Under the pieces are notes generated by a model. That model was given only the letters and a program-made list of their open reading frames with translations. It was not told the origin of the DNA and searched no databases. Shown here piece by piece: positions 25,188 through 33,050 of a stretch of 44,496 bases of DNA (positions are counted from its first letter, which is position 1; each line of letters begins with the position of its first letter). Source of the DNA: a virus; the IMG/VR virus record IMGVR_UViG_3300009124_000034, positions 1 through 44,496 of that record; one strand, written 5' to 3'. The position numbers were made by a program, and so were the translations under genes.

Positions 25188-25421
25188 ATGAACAACCTAC
25201 TAATCGGAACGGGCATCATCGGCGGAGCCTATGGCGGCGTCCTTTGTTTGGCTGGGGCGTTAGGTCTCTGGACCCCGTGCCCGGCTTCCTACAACAGCTG
25301 CAGCGAACTGCAGAGCAAAGCAACGTCAACGCTCCTGATCGGTGGTGCGTTGCTTGGTACCGGTGCCGGATTGTTCGCCATCGGTGCAGAGCGTGACCGC
25401 AAAAATCTGACCCGGATCTGA
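25188..25421 (+). CDS. Small two-helix membrane protein
   Basis: 77-aa ORF from the internal Met of track ORF 25041..25421: MNNLLIGTGIIGGAYGGVLCLAGALGLW...TLLIGGALLGTGAGLFAIGAERDRK. It has two Gly-rich hydrophobic helices and a charged tail. Confidence 0.5.
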   Translation: MNNLLIGTGIIGGAYGGVLCLAGALGLWTPCPASYNSCSELQSKATSTLLIGGALLGTGAGLFAIGAERDRKNLTRI

Positions 25422-25424
25422 ACC

Positions 25425-25601
25425 ATGAAATCAATCCAATTTCTAGGCCAGGACGTCACAGCAGAGCAGACCAAGGACTCTCCTACAGGGTGGTGCGCTA
25501 CCGGCTGGGAAAAGGGTCTACCGGTTTGCCGCAAGCCGATAACCGGCGAAGCTGTCGCTGAATTAATGCGGCGTTTCGATCACGTGGTGCGGACTGTCTA
25601 A
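25425..25601 (+). CDS. Small hypothetical protein (hand-translated)
   Basis: 58-aa ORF MKSIQFLGQDVTAEQTKDSPTGWCATGWEKGLPVCRKP... starting 3 nt after the previous stop. Confidence 0.4.
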   Translation: MKSIQFLGQDVTAEQTKDSPTGWCATGWEKGLPVCRKPITGEAVAELMRRFDHVVRTV

Positions 25602-25741
25602 GTGCTAGGGGAGAGACGCCTAGGGAAGCCTGAGAGGTTAGTTAGCTGTCTGTATGGATTGCGGCTTGCCTCTCTGCTGACAGTAAGGGTTAAAGCGGTT
25701 CAGCTGGGACGCTGCGCCGCAAGGGATCTCAGCTGCGGCTC

Positions 25742-25759
25742 GTATCTACCTGTAGATAC
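25742..25759. promoter_or_regulatory. Perfect 8-bp-arm palindrome GTATCTAC-ct-GTAGATAC in a 280-nt non-coding stretch
   Basis: Read directly and followed by AAAAAATT. There is no convincing ORF between 25602 and 25881. Confidence 0.5.
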
Positions 25760-25881
25760 AAAAAATTACTGTCACAAAACGACATGTTGCACTTCTTCAC
25801 ATAGCGCTCGCGGTTCCGCTTTTGTTGTGATAGGATACGGGAGAACCGGCAGCCCACCTCTAGCCCGGTCCCACCAACAAA

Positions 25882-26055
25882 ATGTCACTAACTCAAGTTT
25901 TCTGGTTACTCGAATCTTGCGGGTATCGTGTAAACAAAATGAAATCGGACGGACGCTATGTCGTCGCCCGTGGATGTTATTCCCCCTGCTACTGTCCGCC
26001 TGGCGGAAGATTTAACAAAACTGAATTAATTGCCTTTGCCGAAAACTTAGCCTAA
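25882..26055 (+). CDS. Small Cys-rich hypothetical protein (hand-translated)
   Basis: 57-aa ORF MSLTQVFWLLESCGYRVNKMKSDGRYVVARGCYSPCYCPPGGRF..., followed 9 nt later by a 10-bp-stem hairpin. Confidence 0.4.
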   Translation: MSLTQVFWLLESCGYRVNKMKSDGRYVVARGCYSPCYCPPGGRFNKTELIAFAENLA

Positions 26056-26064
26056 AAAGTATTA

Positions 26065-26091
26065 CTTACCCCCGCATTTACCGGGGGTAAG
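26065..26091 (+). other. Strong stem-loop (10-bp stem, 7-nt loop) upstream of the terminase genes
   Basis: CTTACCCCCG-catttac-CGGGGGTAAG. There is no T-run, so it is not a canonical terminator. It lies in the 212-bp leader before terS. Confidence 0.6.
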
Positions 26092-26267
26092 GTTCAAGAT
26101 TGCACGCGCTGCGCATGAAGGTAGGGAACCTGCACAAACAACACTAAAATTCTCTACTGTGCTAGGGGGCAGGGGTTCAATCCCTACACTGTGCTACACC
26201 GCCCCACCAAAAAATACGCAACCCATGTAAGATCGCTGGAACGTTGTTACATTGAACTCAAGATTCT

Positions 26268-26735
26268 GTGAATCTCTTGGAAGACAACATCGTCCCTGTG
26301 GGACACGACAACACCAACGAACCAGAAGAAACTGATCTAGTTGCAATCCCTGGATCGCAGGCGATTAACAGGAAGAACTATCGCAAGATTGAGCGTGTCA
26401 AGCGGCTCTATGCACGCCAACTTGAGGGCCTTCCCGCCAAGCAACTGGTCCTAGACCACGCCAAAAAAGAGCAAGTCAGCGAAGAAACCGCCTGGCGCGA
26501 CTGGCGTGAAGTCGCAAAACTCAACGACCAAGACTTCGCCCTGGAACGTGAGACCATGGCCGCCCGCATCTTCGCGATGCGCCAAAAAGTCCTCAATGCG
26601 GCAATGCGTCGAGGCCAAATGCAAACCGCCGCCAGTGTTTTGGATTCCCTGGCACGTCAAGTCGGTTGTGACGAAGCGCAATTAAACCAAGTATTGCCCG
26701 AAATCAACGTCAAAATCCAACCACCCGAGCAATAA
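26268..26735 (+). CDS. terS: Terminase small subunit (by position)
   Basis: 155-aa ORF with a GTG start whose stop directly abuts the terL start (TAAATG). It is helical and charged. No diagnostic motif. Confidence 0.5.
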   Translation: MNLLEDNIVPVGHDNTNEPEETDLVAIPGSQAINRKNYRKIERVKRLYARQLEGLPAKQLVLDHAKKEQVSEETAWRDWREVAKLNDQDFALERETMAARIFAMRQKVLNAAMRRGQMQTAASVLDSLARQVGCDEAQLNQVLPEINVKIQPPEQ

Positions 26736-27986
26736 ATGCCCGCAACCTTGGATTTAGGTCTCCGTCCCGCCCAATACGAAGTATTTAGCTCCCAAAAACG
26801 ATTCCGCGTTTTAGTTGCAGGCCGCCGCTTTGGCAAGTCCTACCTGGCCTGCATCGAACTCTTCATCAAAGCCCTGGCACGTCCAGGCGAAACCTACTTT
26901 TACTGCGCCCCGACATACCGGATGGCCAAGGACATCGCCTGGAAAACGTTAAAAAAGGTAATCCCACCAGAATTTATCACCTCCAAAAACGAAACCGACC
27001 TGAAGCTAGAACTTGTCAACGGTTCCACCATCGAATTAAAGGGCACCGAGAACGCCATGGCCCTGCGAGGCCGTTCTTTAGCAGGTGTGGTTTTAGACGA
27101 AGCCGCCTTCATGGACTCCGAAGTCTGGTTCGAGGTCATCCGCCCCGCCCTCGCCGACAAACAAGGTTGGGCCTTATTCATCAGCACCCCGGATGGAACG
27201 GCCAGCTGGTTTTACGACATGTGGTGCTACGTCCCAGAGGACAAAACCAACGACTGGTCCCGCTGGTGCTACACAACAATTGAAGGAGGCAATGTCCCCA
27301 GTGAAGAAGTCGAAGCAGCCCGCGCTCAACTTGACACGCGCACGTTCCGCCAGGAATTTGAAGCATCATTCGAGAACCTCAGCGGCCTGGTCGCCATCAG
27401 TTTCGCGGACGCCAACATCAGCAAAGACGTCCGCGACCTCCCCGTCCTCCCCCTCTTACTAGGCGTCGACTTCAACGTGGACCCCATGACCGGCATCTGC
27501 GCGGTTAAGAAAGGTGACACTTTATGGATTTTCGACGAAATCATCATGACGGGTGGTGCGACCACCTGGGATTTCTGCGAAGAAGTCCAAAACCGCTACG
27601 GCGTAGACCGCCGCATCATCAGCTGCCCGGACCCTACCGGCGGTGCCCGCAAAACCCAAGGCGTTGGCACGACCGACCACAGCATCCTCCGCAAATCCGG
27701 CTTCACCGTTTCCACCCCCAAAGCCCCGTGGAAGATCCGGGACAAAATCACCTGCGTCAACACCGCCCTCCTCGACGCCACTGGAACGCGCCGCATGTTC
27801 ATCCACCCCCGCTGCAAGGAACTAATCAAATCCCTCCGCACCCTGACCTACTCCCCTGGAACGGGTCTCCCCAACAAAAATCTCGGAGTTGACCACTGCT
27901 TCGACGCCTTGGGCTACCTATGCCTGCAAGTATTTAATCTGGCCAAACCCGAAACCATTGGCACAACAAACTACCGCGTATGGTGA
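26736..27986 (+). CDS. terL: Terminase large subunit
   Basis: Walker A VLVAGRRFGKS and Walker B LAGVVLDEAAF, with a C-terminal nuclease-type region. The 416-aa size is typical. Confidence 0.9.
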   Translation: MPATLDLGLRPAQYEVFSSQKRFRVLVAGRRFGKSYLACIELFIKALARPGETYFYCAPTYRMAKDIAWKTLKKVIPPEFITSKNETDLKLELVNGSTIELKGTENAMALRGRSLAGVVLDEAAFMDSEVWFEVIRPALADKQGWALFISTPDGTASWFYDMWCYVPEDKTNDWSRWCYTTIEGGNVPSEEVEAARAQLDTRTFRQEFEASFENLSGLVAISFADANISKDVRDLPVLPLLLGVDFNVDPMTGICAVKKGDTLWIFDEIIMTGGATTWDFCEEVQNRYGVDRRIISCPDPTGGARKTQGVGTTDHSILRKSGFTVSTPKAPWKIRDKITCVNTALLDATGTRRMFIHPRCKELIKSLRTLTYSPGTGLPNKNLGVDHCFDALGYLCLQVFNLAKPETIGTTNYRVW

Positions 27987-28177
27987 TCACCCCCGAAATC
28001 GAAGAAGCTTTGGGCCTCCTTTACCGAGGCCAAACCAACGTCGCCCTAAAAGCCAAAGAACTAAAAATCCCCCTCCCAAAATTAAAACAACTATTTAACA
28101 CCTACGCCCACCAAAACCCTGTCACCGAAAATGCCTGGAGCGGCAACACCGAGCTAAGCTGGCCATATGTAACCTGA
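27980..28177 (+). CDS. Hypothetical protein
   Basis: 65-aa ORF whose ATG overlaps the terL stop (ATGGTGA). Confidence 0.45.
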   Translation: MVITPEIEEALGLLYRGQTNVALKAKELKIPLPKLKQLFNTYAHQNPVTENAWSGNTELSWPYVT

Positions 28178-28247
28178 GTTTTCTAATGCCTGTACATTAC
28201 GGCCAAGGCAGCAAGAAAAAACCCAAGGGTAAAGGCACCAAAAAGAA

Positions 28248-28270
28248 GTAAGGAGTAAGGAGTAAGGAGT
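28248..28270 (+). promoter_or_regulatory. Triple tandem Shine-Dalgarno (GTAAGGA x3)
   Basis: GTAAGGAGTAAGGAGTAAGGAGT. The last AAGGAG ends 6 nt before the ATG at 28276. The first TAA is the stop of a 21-codon Lys-rich micro-ORF (28186..28251). Confidence 0.75.
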
Positions 28271-28275
28271 CTGTC

Positions 28276-28446
28276 ATGCCTAAAAAACGCGGGTTGTACG
28301 CCAACATCCAAGCCAAACGCAAGCGAATTGCGGCTGGTTCGGGTGAAAAGATGCGCAAACCAGGGTCTAAAGGCGCACCAACCGCCGAGCAGTTTAAAGC
28401 CGCCGCCAAGACCGCCAAAAAACGCAAACCTAAGGGTAAAAAATAG
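28276..28446 (+). CDS. Very basic 56-aa protein (hand-translated)
   Basis: MPKKRGLYANIQAKRKRIAAGSGEKMRKPGSKGAPTAEQFKAAAKTAKKRKPKGKK. It has an exceptional RBS and lies in the head module. Confidence 0.55.
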   Translation: MPKKRGLYANIQAKRKRIAAGSGEKMRKPGSKGAPTAEQFKAAAKTAKKRKPKGKK

Positions 28447-28796
28447 TGGCCATAGTCAACGTCACTGATACCAAGCGCTACACCAACGTCGTCGAATATA
28501 CGGGTGGCACGATGACTGCCGTCAACGACGAGATGCGTATCCACGCCCACGCCTCCGAATATACCTTTGCGTTTGAGGCGAGCGGCGGCGCAAATTTCAC
28601 CCTTGCCTTCGAGGCCAGCTTCAACGGCGGCACCACCTGGTACGAAATCGATACCAGCAAAACGATCAACAGCGACGGTGAGTATGTCTACTACTACTCA
28701 GGTAAGACGAGTTCAACCATCCGCTGCCGCATAGACGCCATAGCCTCTGGCACGCCAAGCATCGTCCCCCACATCGCAGTCACCTTCAACGGTTAA
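28446..28796 (+). CDS. Hypothetical protein (head module)
   Basis: 116-aa ORF with a GTG start overlapping the previous stop by 1 nt. Its composition looks beta-rich. Confidence 0.5.
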   Translation: MAIVNVTDTKRYTNVVEYTGGTMTAVNDEMRIHAHASEYTFAFEASGGANFTLAFEASFNGGTTWYEIDTSKTINSDGEYVYYYSGKTSSTIRCRIDAIASGTPSIVPHIAVTFNG

Positions 28797-28972
28797 TGGG
28801 CACCCGAATTTCCCCCGGTTTCTGCACCCACATGGAAGTAGACGCCGAAACCCGCATGACGGAAGCCACCTTTGCGTTCATGACGCCCCAAGACCCCGCC
28901 GACTTCGCCGCTCTAATGGCCCGCTTAGCATCAGGCATAGAAGTCATGATTGAGGTTGACGATGACGATTAA
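28796..28972 (+). CDS. Small acidic hypothetical protein (hand-translated)
   Basis: 58-aa ORF MGTRISPGFCTHMEVDAETRMTEATFAF...IEVDDDD with a TAATG overlap with the previous gene. Confidence 0.4.
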   Translation: MGTRISPGFCTHMEVDAETRMTEATFAFMTPQDPADFAALMARLASGIEVMIEVDDDD

Positions 28973-29216
28973 GCGCGGCTCCGAGAGCTTTTCAGGCTAC
29001 AACAAACCAAAACGCACACCAAATCACCCCAAAAAATCACACGCAGTCCTCGCAAAAGAGGGCGACAAAGTAAAACTTATCCGTTTCGGCCAACAAGGCG
29101 TCAAGGGTAGCCCCGCTGGAACGGCCCGCAACAAATCCTTCAAAGCCCGCCACGCAAAAAACATCGCGAAAGGCAAGATGTCAGCGGCTTATTGGGCCAA
29201 CCGCGTGAAATGGTGA
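28962..29216 (+). CDS. Conserved small basic phage protein (KP.RTP.HP.K...FG...RH...SA.YW pattern; DUF5872-like from memory)
   Basis: MTIKRGSESFSGYNKPKRTPNHPKKSHAV...IRFGQQG...FKARHAKNI...SAAYWANRVKW. I prefer the ATG at 28962 over the TTG at 28950. Confidence 0.55.
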   Translation: MTIKRGSESFSGYNKPKRTPNHPKKSHAVLAKEGDKVKLIRFGQQGVKGSPAGTARNKSFKARHAKNIAKGKMSAAYWANRVKW

Positions 29217-29252
29217 GTATCTGTCAAAATGAAATAAAGTAGCTATCTAACC

Positions 29253-30671
29253 GTGGTTTACAGCGCAAACATCCCGCCAACTGGAGCCTCGGTTAGCGAA
29301 TCCCCCTTTGTCCGCGACCTTGAAGTGATCGCGATGATGGAGGATTGGCAGGTCATGGCTGCCGTCACCCGAGGCACCAACTACATCCGCGACCTCTGCG
29401 ACACCTACCTCCCCCAAGAACCCCGCGAAGACGACGAAGCCTACGAGACCCGTGTAGACCGCAGCGTCCTATCCCCGTATACCAGCCGCCTAATCGAAAC
29501 TGCCGCTGGAGCGATTTTACGCAAGCCCATCCACATTGAAGGTGATGATTACTGGCTGAATTTAAGCCAGGATATTGACGGTTTAGGTTCAAATATCAAT
29601 GAATATGCGCGTCGTGCCTTGGTTAGCAGCCTTACCTACGGCCATAGTGCTGTGCTTGTTGACTACCCCGCAGCAACCGGCGCTCGAAATCTGGCTGAAG
29701 AACGTGCCATGGGACGACGTCCCTATTTTGTGCATGTGGACGCCCCACAAATTTGGGGATGGCGTCAAGCCGACTACACGATGCCCGGTAGTCCCCTTAC
29801 GCAAATCCGCATCCACGAATATGCAACCCGCCCCCTAAACGATTTTGGCGAAGAACAAGTCGAACAAATGCGGGTCATCTACCCCGGCAAATACGACTTG
29901 TACACGTTGGGGCAAGAAGTCGTGGAATTCTCCCAAACCGGAGGATTCAGCCTGGACGAAATTCCAGTGGTGCCCATTTACAGCAACCGCCGGGGCATGT
30001 TGCGGTCTCAACCACCCCTGCTCGACATCGCCAACCTCAACATCACGCACTACCAACGCCAAGCCGACCTAATCCACGCGCTCCACATCGCCGCGATGCC
30101 CACGCTTGTGCTAGAGGGCTGGGACGACACCCTTGGCACGGCAACGATGGGCGTGAACTACGCCATTGCGATGACACCTGGCAACAAGGCGTATTACGTG
30201 CAAGCGGATGCTACAAGTTTCGACGCCCAGATGCAGGAGCTGCAATCACTAGAGGGTCAAATGTCCACATTGGGCGTAACCAAGCTCTTCGGGCAAAAGT
30301 TTGTCGCCGAGTCTGCCGAGGCCAAGCGCATTGACCAAGCACAAGGCAACTCTGTGTTATCCATCATTAGCCAAGAGCTAGAGAGCGCTCTAAACCAAGC
30401 CTTTGGTCTTGCCGCGAAGTATGTAGGCATCGAACCCCCCGAAGTCAGCATCGACCGCGACTTCGATTACTACCGCCTAATCGGCCAAGACGTTGCCGTC
30501 CTATCTGACCTGAATACCAAAGGCAAGCTCAGCGATGAGATGTTGCTTGAGATCCTGCGTCGCGGGGAAATCCTGCCCGACAACACCAACATCCAAGACG
30601 AAATAACCAAGATCGCCTCAGCCGAACCCGCCCCAGCCCCTGCTGTAATTGAAAACAACCCTGTAGAATAG
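29253..30671 (+). CDS. Portal protein (by size and position)
   Basis: 472-aa ORF with a GTG start, between terminase and scaffold/capsid genes. The 9-mer AGTAGCTAT lies 7 nt upstream. Confidence 0.75.
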   Translation: MVYSANIPPTGASVSESPFVRDLEVIAMMEDWQVMAAVTRGTNYIRDLCDTYLPQEPREDDEAYETRVDRSVLSPYTSRLIETAAGAILRKPIHIEGDDYWLNLSQDIDGLGSNINEYARRALVSSLTYGHSAVLVDYPAATGARNLAEERAMGRRPYFVHVDAPQIWGWRQADYTMPGSPLTQIRIHEYATRPLNDFGEEQVEQMRVIYPGKYDLYTLGQEVVEFSQTGGFSLDEIPVVPIYSNRRGMLRSQPPLLDIANLNITHYQRQADLIHALHIAAMPTLVLEGWDDTLGTATMGVNYAIAMTPGNKAYYVQADATSFDAQMQELQSLEGQMSTLGVTKLFGQKFVAESAEAKRIDQAQGNSVLSIISQELESALNQAFGLAAKYVGIEPPEVSIDRDFDYYRLIGQDVAVLSDLNTKGKLSDEMLLEILRRGEILPDNTNIQDEITKIASAEPAPAPAVIENNPVE

Positions 30672-30692
30672 TATCGTTTAACTTAATTCCCT

Positions 30693-31397
30693 GTGTCTGA
30701 AGAAACGCAAGCCACTTCTCCTGTGGAGAATGCAGCTGCCCAGCCTGTGGCTGGTACGGAAGACTTAAAAGCTCAAATCGAAGCCCTAAAGGCAAAGAAT
30801 TCTGAGCTTATTAACGAACGCCGTAAAGACAAGGAAAACCGCGAAAAACTCCAAGGCCAGCTAAGTGAGGTCCAATCTGCACAAAAACAAGCAGAAGAAG
30901 CCCGCTTAGCTGAATCCGGCGAGTACAAAACGCTTTGGGACGACGCCCAAACAACAATTTCGGCCCTAAAGCAAACTTTGGCTGAAAAAGAAGCCGAAGT
31001 AAATGAGATCAAACAAGGCTACACCAAAGAACAACTGCGAGCAACAACCCTTGCCCAACTATCTTCCGCTGGTGCGCTTGCGCCCGATCAGTTGTATCGT
31101 CTAGTGGAGGATAATCTTCGCAACAAAGATGGACAGCCTGTGGCTGTTATCGGCGGTGTAGAGACTCCGGTGGCTGAGTATGTCGCCAACCTGAAAAATC
31201 CTGGCAGCGGTTACGAGCATCATTTTGCCGCAAGTAACACTGCCGGAATGGGTGTTACGGGCAGTGCCCGCGCCACCTCACTTCCTGGTCAATCCAACCC
31301 GTGGTTGAAAGACAGTTTTAACGTAACCGAGCAAATGATTCTTCTTAGTAAGGATCCAGACAAAGCTCGAATTCTTAAAGCTGAGGCCGGAAAATAG
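30693..31397 (+). CDS. Scaffolding protein (by position and composition)
   Basis: 234-aa ORF with a GTG start. The long charged coiled-coil region (EDLKAQIEALKAKNSELINERRKDKENREKLQ...) lies directly upstream of the capsid gene. Confidence 0.6.
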   Translation: MSEETQATSPVENAAAQPVAGTEDLKAQIEALKAKNSELINERRKDKENREKLQGQLSEVQSAQKQAEEARLAESGEYKTLWDDAQTTISALKQTLAEKEAEVNEIKQGYTKEQLRATTLAQLSSAGALAPDQLYRLVEDNLRNKDGQPVAVIGGVETPVAEYVANLKNPGSGYEHHFAASNTAGMGVTGSARATSLPGQSNPWLKDSFNVTEQMILLSKDPDKARILKAEAGK

Positions 31398-31409
31398 TCC
31401 CACTGGGAC
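31397..31409. promoter_or_regulatory. Everted palindrome GTCCCA-c-TGGGAC between scaffold and capsid genes
   Basis: Uses the same half-sites as the 18898 and 24523 palindromes with the arms swapped. It starts at the last base of the scaffold stop codon. Confidence 0.4.
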
Positions 31410-31440
31410 GCCCCCGTAAACCCGTTTTTTAGGAGCCCAA

Positions 31441-32550
31441 ATGGCTGCCATTTCCGAGAACTATTCAGGCGGAACATTTCTGTCTGACCTAGTAACCCGC
31501 CCTGAATTCCTTCAGTACACATCTGAAGGTATTTTTGAGCAATCCAAGTGGATTCAGAGCGGCATTGTGCAGCGTAATGCTGCCCTGGACGCCCGTGCAG
31601 GCGGCACCCGCGTGCGTGTTCCGTTCCATGACCCCATCGCACCAACCGAGGAGCAAATCCTCTCTAACGCGACCTGGGGCACCTCTGGCGCTGGTTACCT
31701 GACTCCTCAGGGCACCTCGGCTGACGAGCAGATCATGACTCTGCTGCACCGTGGTTTCAGCTACGCCCAGGACGACCTGTCACGTCTGGGTTCTGGCGCT
31801 GACCCTCTTGCTCACGTCCGCAACCAGCTGACCGCAGCAATCAACAAGCTGAAGACCACCACCCTGAAGTCCCAACTGCTGGGTCTGTTTGGTGGCATCA
31901 CCGCTTCCGGTGTTCTTGGACCCAACCAGTTCGACGCTTCCGTCGCTGGTGCGACCCCTGCCGAAGCCAACTACATTTCAGTTGGCAATGTTCTTGAAGC
32001 CAAGAACAAGCTGGGCGAGCGTGGTGAAGACATCGACACCATTGCGATGCACTCCGCTGTTGCTTATTACCTGCAACAGATCGGAATGCTGACCTTCAGC
32101 ACCTCAGCACTGTCTGCTTCTGGCGCAGTGACCTGGGGCGGCGGCGGTGTCGGCATCGGCCAACCCGAAGTGGGTCTGTTTGCTGGAATGCGCGTCGTGA
32201 TCGACGACCAGCTGACCTATCTGACCGGTGGTACTGCTACCCACCGCGTCAAGTACCCGGTGTACATGTTCAAGTCTGGCGTGGTTTCCGAGGGCATCCA
32301 ACAGGATCTGCGTCTCGCCGCCGACCGCAACATCCTGTCCATGCAGGACGTGCTGGCCGTCGATTACCACTACGGCTACCACATCACCGGCACGAAGTGG
32401 GCCGCCGCTGGCGACAACCCCACCAACGCCGCAACTACCGGCAACCTGGCCAACACCAGCAGCTGGAACCTTGTGTTCGCCACCACCAAGATGGTGCCGA
32501 TCGTGCGCCTGCTGGTCAACACTCCTTTCGACACCACCGCTTATTCCTGA
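31441..32550 (+). CDS. Major capsid protein
   Basis: 369-aa ORF after portal and scaffold, with a strong RBS (TTTTTTAGGAGCCCAAATG) and a strong terminator right after it. Confidence 0.8.
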   Translation: MAAISENYSGGTFLSDLVTRPEFLQYTSEGIFEQSKWIQSGIVQRNAALDARAGGTRVRVPFHDPIAPTEEQILSNATWGTSGAGYLTPQGTSADEQIMTLLHRGFSYAQDDLSRLGSGADPLAHVRNQLTAAINKLKTTTLKSQLLGLFGGITASGVLGPNQFDASVAGATPAEANYISVGNVLEAKNKLGERGEDIDTIAMHSAVAYYLQQIGMLTFSTSALSASGAVTWGGGGVGIGQPEVGLFAGMRVVIDDQLTYLTGGTATHRVKYPVYMFKSGVVSEGIQQDLRLAADRNILSMQDVLAVDYHYGYHITGTKWAAAGDNPTNAATTGNLANTSSWNLVFATTKMVPIVRLLVNTPFDTTAYS

Positions 32551-32575
32551 TAAGCTCCGGTTGCGAGATGGACAT

Positions 32576-32598
32576 GGCCCCTTCACGGGGCCTTTTTT
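32576..32598 (+). terminator. Rho-independent terminator after the capsid gene (shared with a convergent gene)
   Basis: GGCCCC-ttcac-GGGGCC followed by TTTTTT. The leftward gene 32603..32893 ends 5 nt away. Confidence 0.85.
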
Positions 32599-32602
32599 AA
32601 TG

Positions 32603-32893
32603 TCAAATCAGGCCCAACCGCATTTCCTCTTGCCGCTGAAACACCTCTTCCGTACGCGCCACCATCTTGTATGACCGCAACACAAGCTGATTAACAACGA
32701 CGTACGAGACTTTCAGCTCAATAGCAATTTCAGGCACAGTTTTACCATCTTCACGCATTTTGCGCACCTGCTTTGCCACATCAGCAAGCTTCCGAGGCTT
32801 TTCCACCGCTGGTTCGATAGTCTTCTTTACGCTGGATGCAACAGATTCGCTCTTACGGACAGGCATGGAGCTGGTACGCGTATTCATTATCAA
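32603..32893 (-). CDS. Small HTH DNA-binding protein encoded antisense inside the structural module
   Basis: 96-aa ORF (possible internal start MPVRK at 32866). GKTVPEIAIELKVSYVVVNQLV is a helix-turn-helix-like segment. It is the only leftward gene between 24.5 kb and the junction. Confidence 0.5.
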   Translation of the reverse strand: MIMNTRTSSMPVRKSESVASSVKKTIEPAVEKPRKLADVAKQVRKMREDGKTVPEIAIELKVSYVVVNQLVLRSYKMVARTEEVFQRQEEMRLGLI

Positions 32894-33050
32894 GGATAAT
32901 AGAAGAAGCTTTTTAGACGTTCAACGAGAATCTTTAGAGGATACGCAAGCCCAAGTTGAGCTTTCCGGCGGGACTGTGTATCACGCTTGCGCCCTACCAA
33001 AACCGCCCAAGCGCACCAGGGCTAGACTCAGAAAAAGGGTTTTTTAAGCC

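Noticed and set aside
25602-26015. 137-aa plus-strand ORF (GTG start)
   Set aside because: The product is Cys/Arg/Ser-rich with low complexity and looks random. It overlaps, in another frame, a more plausible 57-aa ORF (25882..26055), and the stretch is rich in symmetric DNA elements.
26150-26205. Possible tRNA gene suggested by GGTTCAATCC (T-loop-like) in the leader before terS
   Set aside because: Only a 4-bp T-stem can be drawn. I could not find a complementary acceptor 5' arm, D-arm or anticodon arm within 100 nt. I treat it as a tRNA-like relic or packaging-region element, not a tRNA gene.
27524-27892. 122-aa Pro/Arg/His-rich plus-strand ORF and antisense ORFs within terL
   Set aside because: These are alternative frames of a gene with clear terminase Walker A/B motifs, and the composition is typical of out-of-frame translation.
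28197-28550. 117-aa minus-strand ORF over the 28.2-28.5 kb region
   Set aside because: The same DNA on the plus strand holds a triple Shine-Dalgarno, a well-spaced ATG, a 56-aa basic ORF and a coupled downstream gene. The antisense ORF has no start context.
32104-32586. 160-aa minus-strand ORF inside the major capsid gene, and the overlapping plus-strand ORF 32228..32674
   Set aside because: They are shadow frames of the highly expressed capsid gene, and 32228..32674 would read through the terminator hairpin.
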